Positions 29,692-43,048 of a DNA stretch of 64,000 bases are shown here, in pieces. The position numbers and the translations under genes are program-made. How positions within the stretch are numbered: the stretch's first letter is position 1; each line of letters starts with the position of its first letter. The notes under the pieces were generated by a model. That model searched no databases. It saw nothing but the letters and a program-made list of their open reading frames with translations, and was not told where the DNA came from. Source of the DNA: Myxococcota bacterium (GTDB taxonomy: Bacteria; Myxococcota; JACRCW01). The stretch covers positions 1-64,000 of the forward strand of contig JBFMGU010000011.1 in assembly GCA_040752415.1 (NCBI GenBank). The letters run 5' to 3'.

Positions 29692-30084
29692 TCAGGCGGT
29701 GGCGGAAAGGATGGCGACGCCGTAGGCGGCAAGCACGGTGTCTGCGGTCACCAGGGTGGCGCCCTCAAGTTGGGCTTGAGCCACGAGCAAGCGGTCAAAA
29801 GGGTCTGCATGGTGCCAGGGGAGATTCTCCACCGCGGCAGCGTGGCGCGCGGTGACCGGCAGCTCGGTGAAGCCAAACGTTGGCGCGATCCTGGCCAGGT
29901 CTTCCTGCGTGACGTGGAGGTGGAGCTTGCCCAGGGAGCGCTTGATCGCAATCTCCCATACGTTGACGGCGCTGACGAAGACCTCGGGTGCCTGCTCGAT
30001 CGAGGTTCGCGCGGTGAGGCTCAGCGTGGGCGAGTCGGAGACCCACCAGATGAGCGCATGCGTGTCGAGGAGCAGGCCCGTCAT
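29692..30084 (-). CDS. vapC: PIN-domain toxin (VapC family)
   Basis: LLDTH, SAVNVWEIAIK, HADPFDRLL and LVTAD motifs. Confidence 0.95.
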   Translation of the reverse strand: MTGLLLDTHALIWWVSDSPTLSLTARTSIEQAPEVFVSAVNVWEIAIKRSLGKLHLHVTQEDLARIAPTFGFTELPVTARHAAAVENLPWHHADPFDRLLVAQAQLEGATLVTADTVLAAYGVAILSATA

Positions 30085-30344
30085 TTGTTGTCGGGTGGGA
30101 AGATGGGGCCTTTGTAGAAGGCGTCCAGGACATCAGGCGGCAGCGGTGCGTCAAAATCATCTGCAACCCAGATCTTCCCCTTCCACAGACCCGGTTTCCG
30201 ACGGGGGACGGGCTGTTCAAACGCCACCAGTCGGGCCACCGGCTTCCCGTCCCGCGCGAGGATGATCTCCTCTCCGGCGGCGGCGCGGTCCACCAGCTGC
30301 GACAGGTGGCCCTCGGCGGACTGGATGTTGACCGTCTCAGACAT
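30081..30344 (-). CDS. Phd/YefM-family antitoxin
   Basis: HLSQLVDRAAAGEEIILARDGKPVARL...DDFDAPLP; ATGA overlap with the toxin gene. Confidence 0.93.
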   Translation of the reverse strand: MSETVNIQSAEGHLSQLVDRAAAGEEIILARDGKPVARLVAFEQPVPRRKPGLWKGKIWVADDFDAPLPPDVLDAFYKGPIFPPDNK

Positions 30345-30396
30345 GGCACCAACCTAGCCCGGGCCGCCACGTCCCGCCACGCAGGATGGCGGAGCC

Positions 30397-31185
30397 TCAG
30401 CTCGACGTGGAACTGGCCTTCCCTGCCTCGTGTTCGCCGCTGACCTCACCGGGACGACCACTCTCCACCAGCGCTTCGCTCTGCCACTGCCCCTCGGCCT
30501 CCTTGGGGGCCTGGTAGGGCTTGAAGGTGCGCAGGATGACGCCGGCGGCGCCCACGCAGATGGCCGCGTCGGCGATGTTGAAGGTGGGCCAGTGATGCCA
30601 GCTCGGGTTGATGATGGAGAGGTGCCAGTCGATGAAGTCGATGACGTAGCCGTAGGCCATGCGGTCGACGAGGTTCCCCAGCGCGCCGCCCAGGATGAAC
30701 GAGAAGCTGCTCAAGACCAGCCAGTCCGGCTCCCGCGTGCGCCAGTACCAGCTCAGAATCAGCACCATGGCCAGGATGCTCACCGCCACCAGGAAGGGCT
30801 TGCGCACCTTCTCCGGCATGTTGATGGTGAGTGAGAACGCCGCGGCGGGATTCTCCACGTAGCGGAAGTTGAACAGCCCCGGCACCACGGTGACCGAGCG
30901 CGTGGGGCGCCAGACCTTCACCTGTTTGAGCGTGCCGTCGTCCTGGGGGACCGCGGTCTCCACCGCCTCCGCCAGCTCGGCCTGCGCCAGCAGCTTGGTG
31001 CCCTGGTCCAATGCCAGCGTCATGCTCACCACGGCGGGGAGCAGCAACAGTTTGGCCCAGCGAGGCGCCTGCGGCGCGGCCTTCTCCGGGATGGGAGGCA
31101 CCAGGCCGCTGGTGGCGTCGCCAAAGAACCCGCCGCCTTCCGCGGGGGCGTGGCCATTGCTCGTGTTCTGCTCTTCCGTCGTCAT
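30397..31185 (-). CDS. lspA: Lipoprotein signal peptidase II
   Basis: DQGTK, NPAAAFS, GALGNLVDR, VIDFI and FNIAD motifs. Confidence 0.95.
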   Translation of the reverse strand: MTTEEQNTSNGHAPAEGGGFFGDATSGLVPPIPEKAAPQAPRWAKLLLLPAVVSMTLALDQGTKLLAQAELAEAVETAVPQDDGTLKQVKVWRPTRSVTVVPGLFNFRYVENPAAAFSLTINMPEKVRKPFLVAVSILAMVLILSWYWRTREPDWLVLSSFSFILGGALGNLVDRMAYGYVIDFIDWHLSIINPSWHHWPTFNIADAAICVGAAGVILRTFKPYQAPKEAEGQWQSEALVESGRPGEVSGEHEAGKASSTSS

Positions 31186-31254
31186 CCAGGACACCGTGGG
31201 CGCCGCCGACGTGCGCCAGCGGTCATGAGGAACCTTCCCGAGAACATCACCGCA

Positions 31255-34359
<3,105 letters not shown>

Positions 34360-34643
34360 GGACACGTCCTAATGGGCCGATTGCCGGAACGCCGGATTCG
34401 GGGAATACCTGAGACGGCACCGGGGGCCCCGGCGGCCGGAACCGCGTCTCTATAATCATGCGGACGGGCCTCCGCCATGGCACTCCGTGCCATCCCCATC
34501 CCCCTCCCTCTCCCCATCCCCTACCCCTCCCGATGGCTCCGCGGAGACGCCCACGCGCGGTCCTTCGGGATTGGGATGGGGAGGGGGAAGCCCGTTGAAT
34601 GCGCAGCCGGGAGCTTCAGGACCGCTGCGCGGGAACGGGGACG

Positions 34644-35597
34644 TCAGAGGACGAACAGGCGTGGGTTGACCGGGATGCCGTTGATCCGGACCTCGTAGTG
34701 GAGGTGCGGACCGGTGCTGCGACCGGTGTTGCCCACCGCGCCGATGTGGTGGCCGCGCTTCACGCGCTCACCCACCTTCACCAGGATCTTGGAGAGGTGG
34801 CCGTACGTGGTGGTGTAGCCGTGGCCGTGCTCCAGGATGATGAGGTTGCCGTAGCCACCCTTGGTGCCGGCAAAGGTGACCACGCCGTCGGCGGGGGCCA
34901 GCACCGGGCTGCCCTCGCGCCCGGCGAGATCCATGCCGCTGTGCATGGTGCGCTCGGCGGTGTACGGGTCGTCGCGGACGCCGAACTCACTGGTGACCCA
35001 GCCCTGCGCGGGGAACATGGAGGGCGTGCTGCGCAACAGCACCTCCCGACCCTCGTAGTACGCCATGAGCTGCCGCAACGACGCCGTCTGTCGCCCAGCC
35101 TCCTGCGGCAGCCCGTCCAGGCGGCTGTCCAACAGGCCCAGCGCGAGATCCTGCTCCTCGGCGGTGTCGGCGGGGAGGGCGGCCAGCAGGGCCAGCTCCT
35201 CCTCACTGCCACCCGCGGGACCCTGGCCGCCCGGCGCGGTGGCGCCTTCCATGGGACCACCCACGGCGAGGCCGAGGCGCGGGTCCGAGAGGCGGGTGAT
35301 GCTGCGCAGCTTCTGATCCATGCGCTGCACGCTGGCCACCGTCTGCTCCATCCCGCTGAGCCGACGATCGATCACCGCGAACTTCTCCCGCAGGCGCTGG
35401 TTCTCTTCCCGCAGCACGCGGTTCTCGAAGACCTGGTCCACCACGTAGGCGTAGTGGATGGCCGCCGAGCCCGCGACGCCAATCCCGACGAGGGCCGCCA
35501 CCGCACCGGCAAACACGGCCACCTTCGGGAGCTGGATTCGCCGCACGGCGGCGGACCGCTCCGGAATCAGCAGCAGCGTGTAGAAGCGGTTGGCCAC
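34644..35597 (-). CDS. M23 family metallopeptidase with TM anchor and coiled coil
   Basis: HSGMD, YGHL and TGRSTGPHLHYEV motifs; GTG start inferred. Confidence 0.92.
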   Translation of the reverse strand: MANRFYTLLLIPERSAAVRRIQLPKVAVFAGAVAALVGIGVAGSAAIHYAYVVDQVFENRVLREENQRLREKFAVIDRRLSGMEQTVASVQRMDQKLRSITRLSDPRLGLAVGGPMEGATAPGGQGPAGGSEEELALLAALPADTAEEQDLALGLLDSRLDGLPQEAGRQTASLRQLMAYYEGREVLLRSTPSMFPAQGWVTSEFGVRDDPYTAERTMHSGMDLAGREGSPVLAPADGVVTFAGTKGGYGNLIILEHGHGYTTTYGHLSKILVKVGERVKRGHHIGAVGNTGRSTGPHLHYEVRINGIPVNPRLFVL

Positions 35598-35668
35598 TCT
35601 GGTGAGCTCCGCGCTTCCCGCGGCCCCCCGGCGGGGAGAGATCACCGGGACCCGTTGAAGCGTCGGCC

Positions 35669-35698
35669 AACCTACCGACGGTCAAGCGGAGGTGTCAA
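35669..35698 (-). promoter_or_regulatory. Candidate sigma70 promoter of the M23 peptidase gene
   Basis: Minus strand reads TTGACA-N18-TAGGTT. Confidence 0.5.
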
Positions 35699-35789
35699 TG
35701 CACCAGCTCATAATCGCAATGACCGATGACACCCAACCTGTGGGAGCGTGGCGTTATTCCGTGGCCCCAGGTGCGTGTGCCTGCGCCCC

Positions 35790-36575
<786 letters not shown>

Positions 36576-36765
36576 GCTCCGCTCCGTGTCCTTGCCCAGC
36601 GATGTTGGGCTCTTACCGGGAGTCCCCAGGATAGGCCAGCGTTCCTATCCCACATCAGGCGGTGGGGGGAAGATGATGCCGTCGGTCAAGGGGCGGGGGC
36701 AAGAGCGTGGGCGGCGAAAAGTGCCGCGCTGTGACGACGCAACGCAGCGATGCTATATCCCGGCC

Positions 36766-36954
36766 GTGAGCCAGACGCCCCACCCCGACGTGAGCTTCCG
36801 CGACGAGCGTCGCAGCGCGTGCATGGATGCGGCCCATGCCCGTGAGCGGGAGCGCGTGGCGGCGATGACGCCCCTGCAGCGGGCGAAAAGGGCCCTGGAG
36901 CTGGGCGTGTTCTGTCGCCGACTGGCGGAAATGCACCAGCGGCCACGCAAGTGA
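36766..36954 (+). CDS. Small helical protein (antitoxin-like)
   Basis: 62 aa, RVAAMTPLQRAKRALEL; GTGA overlap with the next ORF. Confidence 0.45.
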   Translation: MSQTPHPDVSFRDERRSACMDAAHARERERVAAMTPLQRAKRALELGVFCRRLAEMHQRPRK

Positions 36955-36965
36955 CGTCTCAAGAC

Positions 36966-37145
36966 ATGTCCGATCCCATCTCGCAGACGCTCCAGAACGC
37001 GGAGCGCGTGCGTGAGGTGCTGGCGCGGCAGGGTATCGATCAGGTCCTGGCACTGCGTCCCCCACGCACTGGGCGACGGGTGCGCGGCTGGCACGGACAG
37101 GATGGGGGCCATATCCTCTTTCGCAGACGGGAGGCCTTGCCATGA
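36966..37145 (+). pseudogene. Possible truncated gene remnant
   Basis: Plausible N-terminus (AERVREVLARQGI), then loss of coding character. Confidence 0.3.
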
Positions 37146-37738
37146 AGGCGCTGGAGCCGGACCAGAAGCTGCGCGACCCCGACCAGCGGGTGCGCCTTCA
37201 CGGTCTGAGCTGGGACCAGTACGAGGCGCTGCTGCAGATGCGCGGCGAGTCGTCGGGCGTGCGCATTGCGTACTTGAAGGGCGAGGTGGAGCTGATGAGC
37301 CCGTCGCGCAGTCACGAGTGGATCAAGACGACCCTGGCGCGGCTGCTGGAGGCGTGGGCCGAGGAGAAGGACGTCGAGCTTGGCGGTGTGGGTTCCTGGA
37401 CGCTCAAGAGTGCGCCGGAGGAGCGCGGGGCCGAGCCGGACGAGTGCTACATCGTCGGCACCAAGGAGACCGACCGGCCGGACATCGCCATCGAGGTGGT
37501 GTGGACCTCGGGCGGCATCGACAAGCTGGAGATCTACCGCGGCCTCAAGGTGCGCGAGGTGTGGTTCTGGGAGGATGGGCGCATCCAAGTGTACGCGCTG
37601 CGCGCCGCCGGGTACGAGCCGGTGCCCCGCAGCGAGGTGCTTCCCGACGTGGACCTGGTGGCGATGGTGCGCTTCCTCGAGGAGGAGGGCCAGACCGCGG
37701 CGGTGCGCGCGTGGCGGAAGTGGCTGCGCGGCGAATAA
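37142..37738 (+). CDS. Uma2 (DUF820) PD-(D/E)xK endonuclease-fold protein
   Basis: SWDQYE, MSPSRSHE, EPDEC, PDIAIEV and KLEIY motifs. Confidence 0.93.
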   Translation: MKALEPDQKLRDPDQRVRLHGLSWDQYEALLQMRGESSGVRIAYLKGEVELMSPSRSHEWIKTTLARLLEAWAEEKDVELGGVGSWTLKSAPEERGAEPDECYIVGTKETDRPDIAIEVVWTSGGIDKLEIYRGLKVREVWFWEDGRIQVYALRAAGYEPVPRSEVLPDVDLVAMVRFLEEEGQTAAVRAWRKWLRGE

Positions 37739-37890
37739 GACCATCCGTCCACCAGCAAGGCACCCATCCAGAGGCACGACTGAGCGACGCCTCGCGGACT
37801 TGGCGCGTTCCGACGGCACGTGAGGGGGAGCAGTCGTTATGACCTCTCCGATACCTCCCCCTCGACGGAGGGTACTCGGAGTCTCGGGAC

Positions 37891-39585
37891 ATGCGCGTTC
37901 ACCGGCAGTCGTGGGCTCTGCTCGTCCTGCTTTCTTGGGCTTGCAGGGACGAGGGACAGGTTCCTGATCCACAACAGGAGGCCGCGGCACCTGAAAGCCC
38001 GCAGGGGGATCCAGAGCCGACGGAGCCGAATTCGACGCGTGGACAGGCAGGCTGGGGTCATGACAACCGTGAGACGCCACGCCGCCTCGCGACCCAACCG
38101 CCCGCTCCCACCGCCCAGGACGCCGGTGTTGTCATGGACGCCGGCATTGACTCGGTTGCCACCGACCCAGGGGACGCCGCCGTGTTGGGAGACGCTGGGA
38201 CCGTGGATGCCGCCATCCCAGACAACTCATCCGCCGTCATGGACGTGGCGCAGTGCCTCCCTGTCCCGACTTTGAAACCCGGTTGCGGAGCCGAGCGCTG
38301 CGGCAATGGCGTCGTGGACGGGTTCTGTCCCGTGAATGATCCTGAGGCGGACCGGGAGAGCTTCCGCTCCGAGACATGCGACACCGACCTGGGTGCAGGG
38401 AGCTGCTCCGGGCTTGGGTATTCGGGCGGAGAGCTCGTTTGTGGTTCCTGGTGCGGTTACGACGTCCGCGGGTGCAATCCATGCGGTGAGCATGAGCTCA
38501 TCCATGCTTGCAAAGTGCTCGACGTGGAGGCGTCGGCGGCGCACGATCTCGCGGTCGCCGTCCGTGGTGATCGCATTGGTGTGGCGTGGACCCAATACGG
38601 GCCGGACGGGGCGGGAGAAGATCTCAATCACACCGAACAGTACGTGCGGTTCGCGCTGGTTGATGAGAGCTTCAACGTCGAGGTTGAGCGGTGTCTGGCG
38701 ATTCCGTTCGCGCGATGGGTGAACCTGGTTCCCACGGAGAATGGGTGGTTGTTGGGGGTCGTGTCGTTTGGTGACGACGGCGGGACCTTCTATGACACGC
38801 TGAAGTTCCAAGTGATCCCGCTGGACCCCGTGGGGCAGGTCGTGGGGCCGGCTGGAATGACGATCCACAGCCATCTACGGGCTTTGGTCGCCAGCCCGCA
38901 TGGCAATCTTTTGTTGTGGCACGCGCCGGGGTCGGAACTCCGAGGTGCCCTCTTGGATGACGCCGGTGCTCCGCTTTGGGAAACCACCGTCTTGAATTCG
39001 TTGAGCCACGAAGAGTTGGATGCCACCTACGCCGACGGAAAGTTCGTTGTTGTGGACCGCGTCAATTCAGAGGTGACTCTGACAATCGTGAGCCTTGACG
39101 GCGAGGTTGGACCGGAGTTGGTGTGGCCCGTTGAGAGGGCGTCCCGTGCTCGGCTGGCAATCTACGGGCAACGCATCTTTGTGACGTGGGTAGATGCACT
39201 GAACAACGACGTCTACCAAGGAAGCACGGACCTTGACGAGCAGGTCATCACTGCAGGCGTGCGGATTGTCGAGGGCCTTGGGCGCTCCTACGGATTCTCC
39301 CCGCTTGTCGCTACGGCGAACGGCAACATCGTTCTCCTCACCCGGAGCGGCTGGAGATACCCACGCGTTTCAACGGAATTGGAGGTGGCACCCGTCGACG
39401 TCAATGGCGTCGCCTTGTCGGATGTCTTCTTGCCGAGACATGACCCGCTGCCCGCGTTCGGGATGAACGTCAACGCTTTTCGTGATTGCGCTTTGCTGGG
39501 CTGGATCGCGGGCGGTGTTCCCTCGGGAGGGGCGCTGGAGCGGGACTTCACCCGGCGAATCCAGCTGGTGCGAATCTGCCTCTGA
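37891..39585 (+). CDS. Lipoprotein with Cys-rich module and beta-rich C-terminal region; atypical codon usage
   Basis: LSWAC lipobox, CGNGVVDG...ETCD Cys-rich motif, many A/T-ending codons. Confidence 0.75.
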   Translation: MRVHRQSWALLVLLSWACRDEGQVPDPQQEAAAPESPQGDPEPTEPNSTRGQAGWGHDNRETPRRLATQPPAPTAQDAGVVMDAGIDSVATDPGDAAVLGDAGTVDAAIPDNSSAVMDVAQCLPVPTLKPGCGAERCGNGVVDGFCPVNDPEADRESFRSETCDTDLGAGSCSGLGYSGGELVCGSWCGYDVRGCNPCGEHELIHACKVLDVEASAAHDLAVAVRGDRIGVAWTQYGPDGAGEDLNHTEQYVRFALVDESFNVEVERCLAIPFARWVNLVPTENGWLLGVVSFGDDGGTFYDTLKFQVIPLDPVGQVVGPAGMTIHSHLRALVASPHGNLLLWHAPGSELRGALLDDAGAPLWETTVLNSLSHEELDATYADGKFVVVDRVNSEVTLTIVSLDGEVGPELVWPVERASRARLAIYGQRIFVTWVDALNNDVYQGSTDLDEQVITAGVRIVEGLGRSYGFSPLVATANGNIVLLTRSGWRYPRVSTELEVAPVDVNGVALSDVFLPRHDPLPAFGMNVNAFRDCALLGWIAGGVPSGGALERDFTRRIQLVRICL

Positions 39586-39639
39586 GCCGAGATGGTCGTC
39601 GGTCCGCTCTGCGCGCGGGATGGGGACGCCGCGATGCCA

Positions 39640-40263
39640 TCACCCGGCCAGGAGCGCCGCTTCAAGGACACCCAGGGCCCCGCAGACAGCGAACCAGGCA
39701 CGTTGTCGACGCTCCGTGCTCTGCGCATAACCGCCCCACGACGCGAGCAGGGCGACGGCGGAGCAGGCACCCAACGCGAGAGCCACCGTCACCCGCACCT
39801 GCGTCCCGAAACCCGACGCCACGAGCAGGAAGTACACGATCCACGAGAGCGCCGAGAAGGCCCATCCCCACGCGGCCAACGTGGCGAATGCGGGACGCTG
39901 CGCGGACGCGGTGGCGGTGAGTCCGACGAGAACCGCGAAGGGAATCCCCCAGACCGCACCCACGGAGAGCTGGAAGAATGCGTGGTCGAGGTCAGGGAGA
40001 CCGTACCGGATGAAGGCCACACCCATGGGCATCATGGCGACGAGGAATCCCGCCATCACAGTGCGACCGCCTTCCCGGCGCCGACCGGTGACCACCATGT
40101 GCGCGGCGAACAACAGCGCGGTCACGACCAGTACGCCGTGGGTGCAGGGTGTGAGCTCGCGGTCGTACCCGACGAGGGACGGCAGTCCGCTCTGCCCCAG
40201 CACATGCGCCGCGGACAGCGCCGTGGCGTAGACCCCGAGGGCAAAGCCAGTTCCCCAGCGCAT
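39640..40263 (-). CDS. Hypothetical multi-pass membrane protein
   Basis: About 6-7 hydrophobic segments; GGAGGTG RBS upstream. Confidence 0.6.
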   Translation of the reverse strand: MRWGTGFALGVYATALSAAHVLGQSGLPSLVGYDRELTPCTHGVLVVTALLFAAHMVVTGRRREGGRTVMAGFLVAMMPMGVAFIRYGLPDLDHAFFQLSVGAVWGIPFAVLVGLTATASAQRPAFATLAAWGWAFSALSWIVYFLLVASGFGTQVRVTVALALGACSAVALLASWGGYAQSTERRQRAWFAVCGALGVLEAALLAG

Positions 40264-40357
40264 TCGCGTCACCTCCGTCCGCGCGTCAACCCACGGCCGG
40301 AAGCAGAGGATTCCCAACGGGGATGGCGTCGCCCCCCATGGAGCGCGGGAGCGTGAC

Positions 40358-41347
40358 TCAGGATGCAACGGGCCGACGTGACGCTGAACGAGAGGGCGTC
40401 GTCGCATCGACACCGGCAACGGCAACTACTGCGTCACCCGCTTCGCGCGGAACGGAGAGTGCGCCGACGACCAGGGCAACCTCTACCAGCTCCCGTGCAG
40501 TGAGGGCCTGGAGTGCAGCCCGACCCACCAGGACGCGAATGACGCCCCGGTTGGCGGCGCCTGCCACATCAGCTGCGGCTACGGTGACACCACCCCGGAT
40601 TGCCCCGCCAACGAGCAGTGCTTCGTGGAGCCGGGCCTCTCGGGGTACGGCCAGGCGCAGGTGGCACCACTGGTCGGCGTCGCAGGTGTCCTGTCCGCCG
40701 GCGGTGGTGCACGAGGCAAGGCAGGTGCCCTGGACGCACGTCAGGTTGCCGTCGCACTGCGGGGCGTTGGCGCGGCAGGGCCCTTCCTCAGTGCCCTCGA
40801 CGACGCCGCCGCTGCTGGAGGAGCTGCCACCCGAGGAGCTGCTGCTGCCGCCCGAGGAGCTGCTGCTGCCCGGCGTGCCGCTGGAGGAGCTGCTGCTGGC
40901 GCCCGAGGAGCTGCTGCTGCCCGGCGTGCCCGACGACGAGCTGCTGCCCGGCGTGCCGCTGGAGGAGCTGCTGGTGCCCACGTCTCCGCTGCTGGAGCTG
41001 GTCCCCGTGCCGCCGTTGCTGGAGCTGCTGGTGCCCACGTCCCCGCTGCTGCTGGAGCTGCTGGAGGACGACGAGCTGGAGCTGCTGGAGGACGACGACG
41101 AGCTGCTGCTGGAGGAGGTCACGCCCGAGCTGCTGCTGGACGCCTCACCCGAGGAGGACGACGTGCCCGACACCGCTCCGCTGCTGGACGACGTGCTGCC
41201 GCTGCTGGAGGACGAGGTGCTGCCCGTGCCACCGGTGGAGGTGCTGCTGGAGGTGCTGGTGTCGGTGGTGCCGCCGGTACCGCTGCACGCACCCACCATG
41301 CCCGCAGCGCACACCAGGAGCGCCGCATTCATCTGGGACCATTTCAT
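40358..41347 (-). CDS. Poly-Ser / Cys-rich lipoprotein whose 3' part contains an inverted segment
   Basis: VGAC lipobox, long Ser/Gly linker, Cys-rich domain to DQWC, then antisense-like sequence (see findings). Confidence 0.75.
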   Translation of the reverse strand: MKWSQMNAALLVCAAGMVGACSGTGGTTDTSTSSSTSTGGTGSTSSSSSGSTSSSSGAVSGTSSSSGEASSSSSGVTSSSSSSSSSSSSSSSSSSSSSSSSGDVGTSSSSNGGTGTSSSSGDVGTSSSSSGTPGSSSSSGTPGSSSSSGASSSSSSGTPGSSSSSGGSSSSSGGSSSSSGGVVEGTEEGPCRANAPQCDGNLTCVQGTCLASCTTAGGQDTCDADQWCHLRLAVPREARLHEALLVGGAIRGGVTVAAADVAGAANRGVIRVLVGRAALQALTARELVEVALVVGALSVPREAGDAVVAVAGVDATTPSRSASRRPVAS

Positions 41348-41611
41348 ACGCATCGCATTGTCTCCCAACGCCGGGGGCGTGTGGGCCCCCCGCGGATTTC
41401 TTCGCAGACCACCATGTCCGCGCCAGAGGCAGCGCGATTACCAAGCCAATTCCTGAAACGCAACAACCGGTTACGCCCGGGTCCCGGCCACCCGGGGTCC
41501 CCCGGTGGAAACGCCCCCGCCCAACCGACATCAAACCCCCGGGGCGCCTGGTGCTAAGCTGCCCCGTCCATCGGTCGTTCCCAACCCCGCACCGTTTCCA
41601 GGAGTCCGAAG

Positions 41612-42781
41612 GTGGCACTCAGTCGTGAGCAGTTGCTGAAGCAGGCCAAGAGCGAAATCACCGAAATCGACGTCCCCACCCTGCGGGCCCAGCTGGAGAG
41701 CCAGGACGTGCCGCTGCTCTTCGACGTGCGCGAGCAGGACGAGGTGGAGCTGGGCAAGATCCCCGGCGCCAAACACCTCCCGCGGGGCTTCCTCGAGATG
41801 AAGATCGAGGAGACCGTCCCCGACCGGAACCGCCACATCGCCCTGTACTGCGCGGGCGGCAACCGCAGCGCGCTGGGAGCGCTCACCCTCAAGCAGATGG
41901 GCTACACCCGCGTGACGTCGTTGATTGGCGGGTTTGGCGCCTGGAAGCGCGCCGGTGGCCCCATCTCCCTGGACAAGCCGCTCAGTGCCCAGGACCGCAT
42001 CCGCTACGCGCGCCACCTGAGCCTCCCGGAGGTGGGCGAGGAGGGCCAGAAGAAGCTGCGTGACAGCAAGATGCTGCTCATTGGCGCCGGCGGCCTGGGC
42101 AGCCCCAGCGCGTACTACCTGGCGGCGGCGGGCGTGGGCACGCTGGGGATCGTCGACAACGACGTGGTGGACGTCACCAACCTGCAGCGCCAGATCCTGC
42201 ACCGCGAGGTGGACCAGGGCGTGCCCAAGGTGGACTCCGCCGAGCGCGCGCTGAAGGCCCTCAACCCCGCCATCACCATCCGCAAGCACCAGCTCATGAT
42301 CACCAGCGAGAACGCGCTGGAGCTGTGCAAGGACTACGACGTCATCGTCGACGGCTGCGACAACTTCCCCACCCGCTACCTGCTCAACGACGTCAGCGTG
42401 ATGCTGAAGAAGCCGATTGTGCACGGCAGCATCTTCCGCTTCGAGGGCCAGGCCACCGTGTTCCACCCCGGCAAGGGGCCCTGCTACCGCTGCCTGTATC
42501 CCGAGCCGCCCCCGCCGGGCATGGCCCCCTCCTGCACCGAGGGCGGCGTGCTGGGCGTGCTGCCGGGCATCATTGGCTGCGTGCAGGCGGTGGAGGCCAT
42601 GAAGGTGGTGCTGGGGATTGGCAGCCCGCTCGTCGGGAGGCTGCTGCAGTTTGATGCGCTGGGCATGAAGTTCCGCGAGCTCAGGTTGCGTCGGGACAAG
42701 GACTGCCCCATGTGCGGCGACAACCCCACCATCACCAAGCTCATCGACTACGAGGCGTTCTGCTCGGTGGGGCGCGGATGA
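41612..42781 (+). CDS. moeB: Rhodanese-ThiF/MoeB adenylyltransferase (MoeZ-like, N-terminal rhodanese)
   Basis: CAGGNRS rhodanese site; RYARH, GAGGLG, TNLQRQ, DGCDNF, CYRC and CPMC motifs. Confidence 0.93.
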   Translation: MALSREQLLKQAKSEITEIDVPTLRAQLESQDVPLLFDVREQDEVELGKIPGAKHLPRGFLEMKIEETVPDRNRHIALYCAGGNRSALGALTLKQMGYTRVTSLIGGFGAWKRAGGPISLDKPLSAQDRIRYARHLSLPEVGEEGQKKLRDSKMLLIGAGGLGSPSAYYLAAAGVGTLGIVDNDVVDVTNLQRQILHREVDQGVPKVDSAERALKALNPAITIRKHQLMITSENALELCKDYDVIVDGCDNFPTRYLLNDVSVMLKKPIVHGSIFRFEGQATVFHPGKGPCYRCLYPEPPPPGMAPSCTEGGVLGVLPGIIGCVQAVEAMKVVLGIGSPLVGRLLQFDALGMKFRELRLRRDKDCPMCGDNPTITKLIDYEAFCSVGRG

Positions 42782-43038
42782 AGCGACCGGTGGATCCGGA
42801 CGTGATTGTCAGCGAGGTGCTGGCCCGCGCCGGCAAGACCGTGGTGGATGCCGCGGTGCTCTACGACGTGGCCGAGGCCCTGCTGGTGATCGAGCGTTCG
42901 GATCTGGCCGCGGAGTACGCGCGACGCGCCTATGGACTGGCGCTGCTCGAGAAGGACATCCCCGGTGCCGCCCGGGCCATGACGTTCCTGGTGAGTCGGT
43001 TGGGGAGTGAAGGACGTCGCATCCTGAACCAGATGTGA
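42778..43038 (+). CDS. Small helical hypothetical protein (TPR-like hairpin)
   Basis: ATGA overlap with moeB; similar to the downstream ORF. Confidence 0.7.
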   Translation: MKRPVDPDVIVSEVLARAGKTVVDAAVLYDVAEALLVIERSDLAAEYARRAYGLALLEKDIPGAARAMTFLVSRLGSEGRRILNQM

Positions 43039-43048
43039 GGGCACGACG

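Noticed and set aside
37740..40350. Integron cassettes or prophage
   Set aside because: No attC-like sites, integrase or phage genes recognised.
40323..41456. Leu/Glu-repeat ORF on the plus strand (similar ones at 54046 and about 57400)
   Set aside because: Reverse complement of poly-Ser codons in real minus-strand genes.
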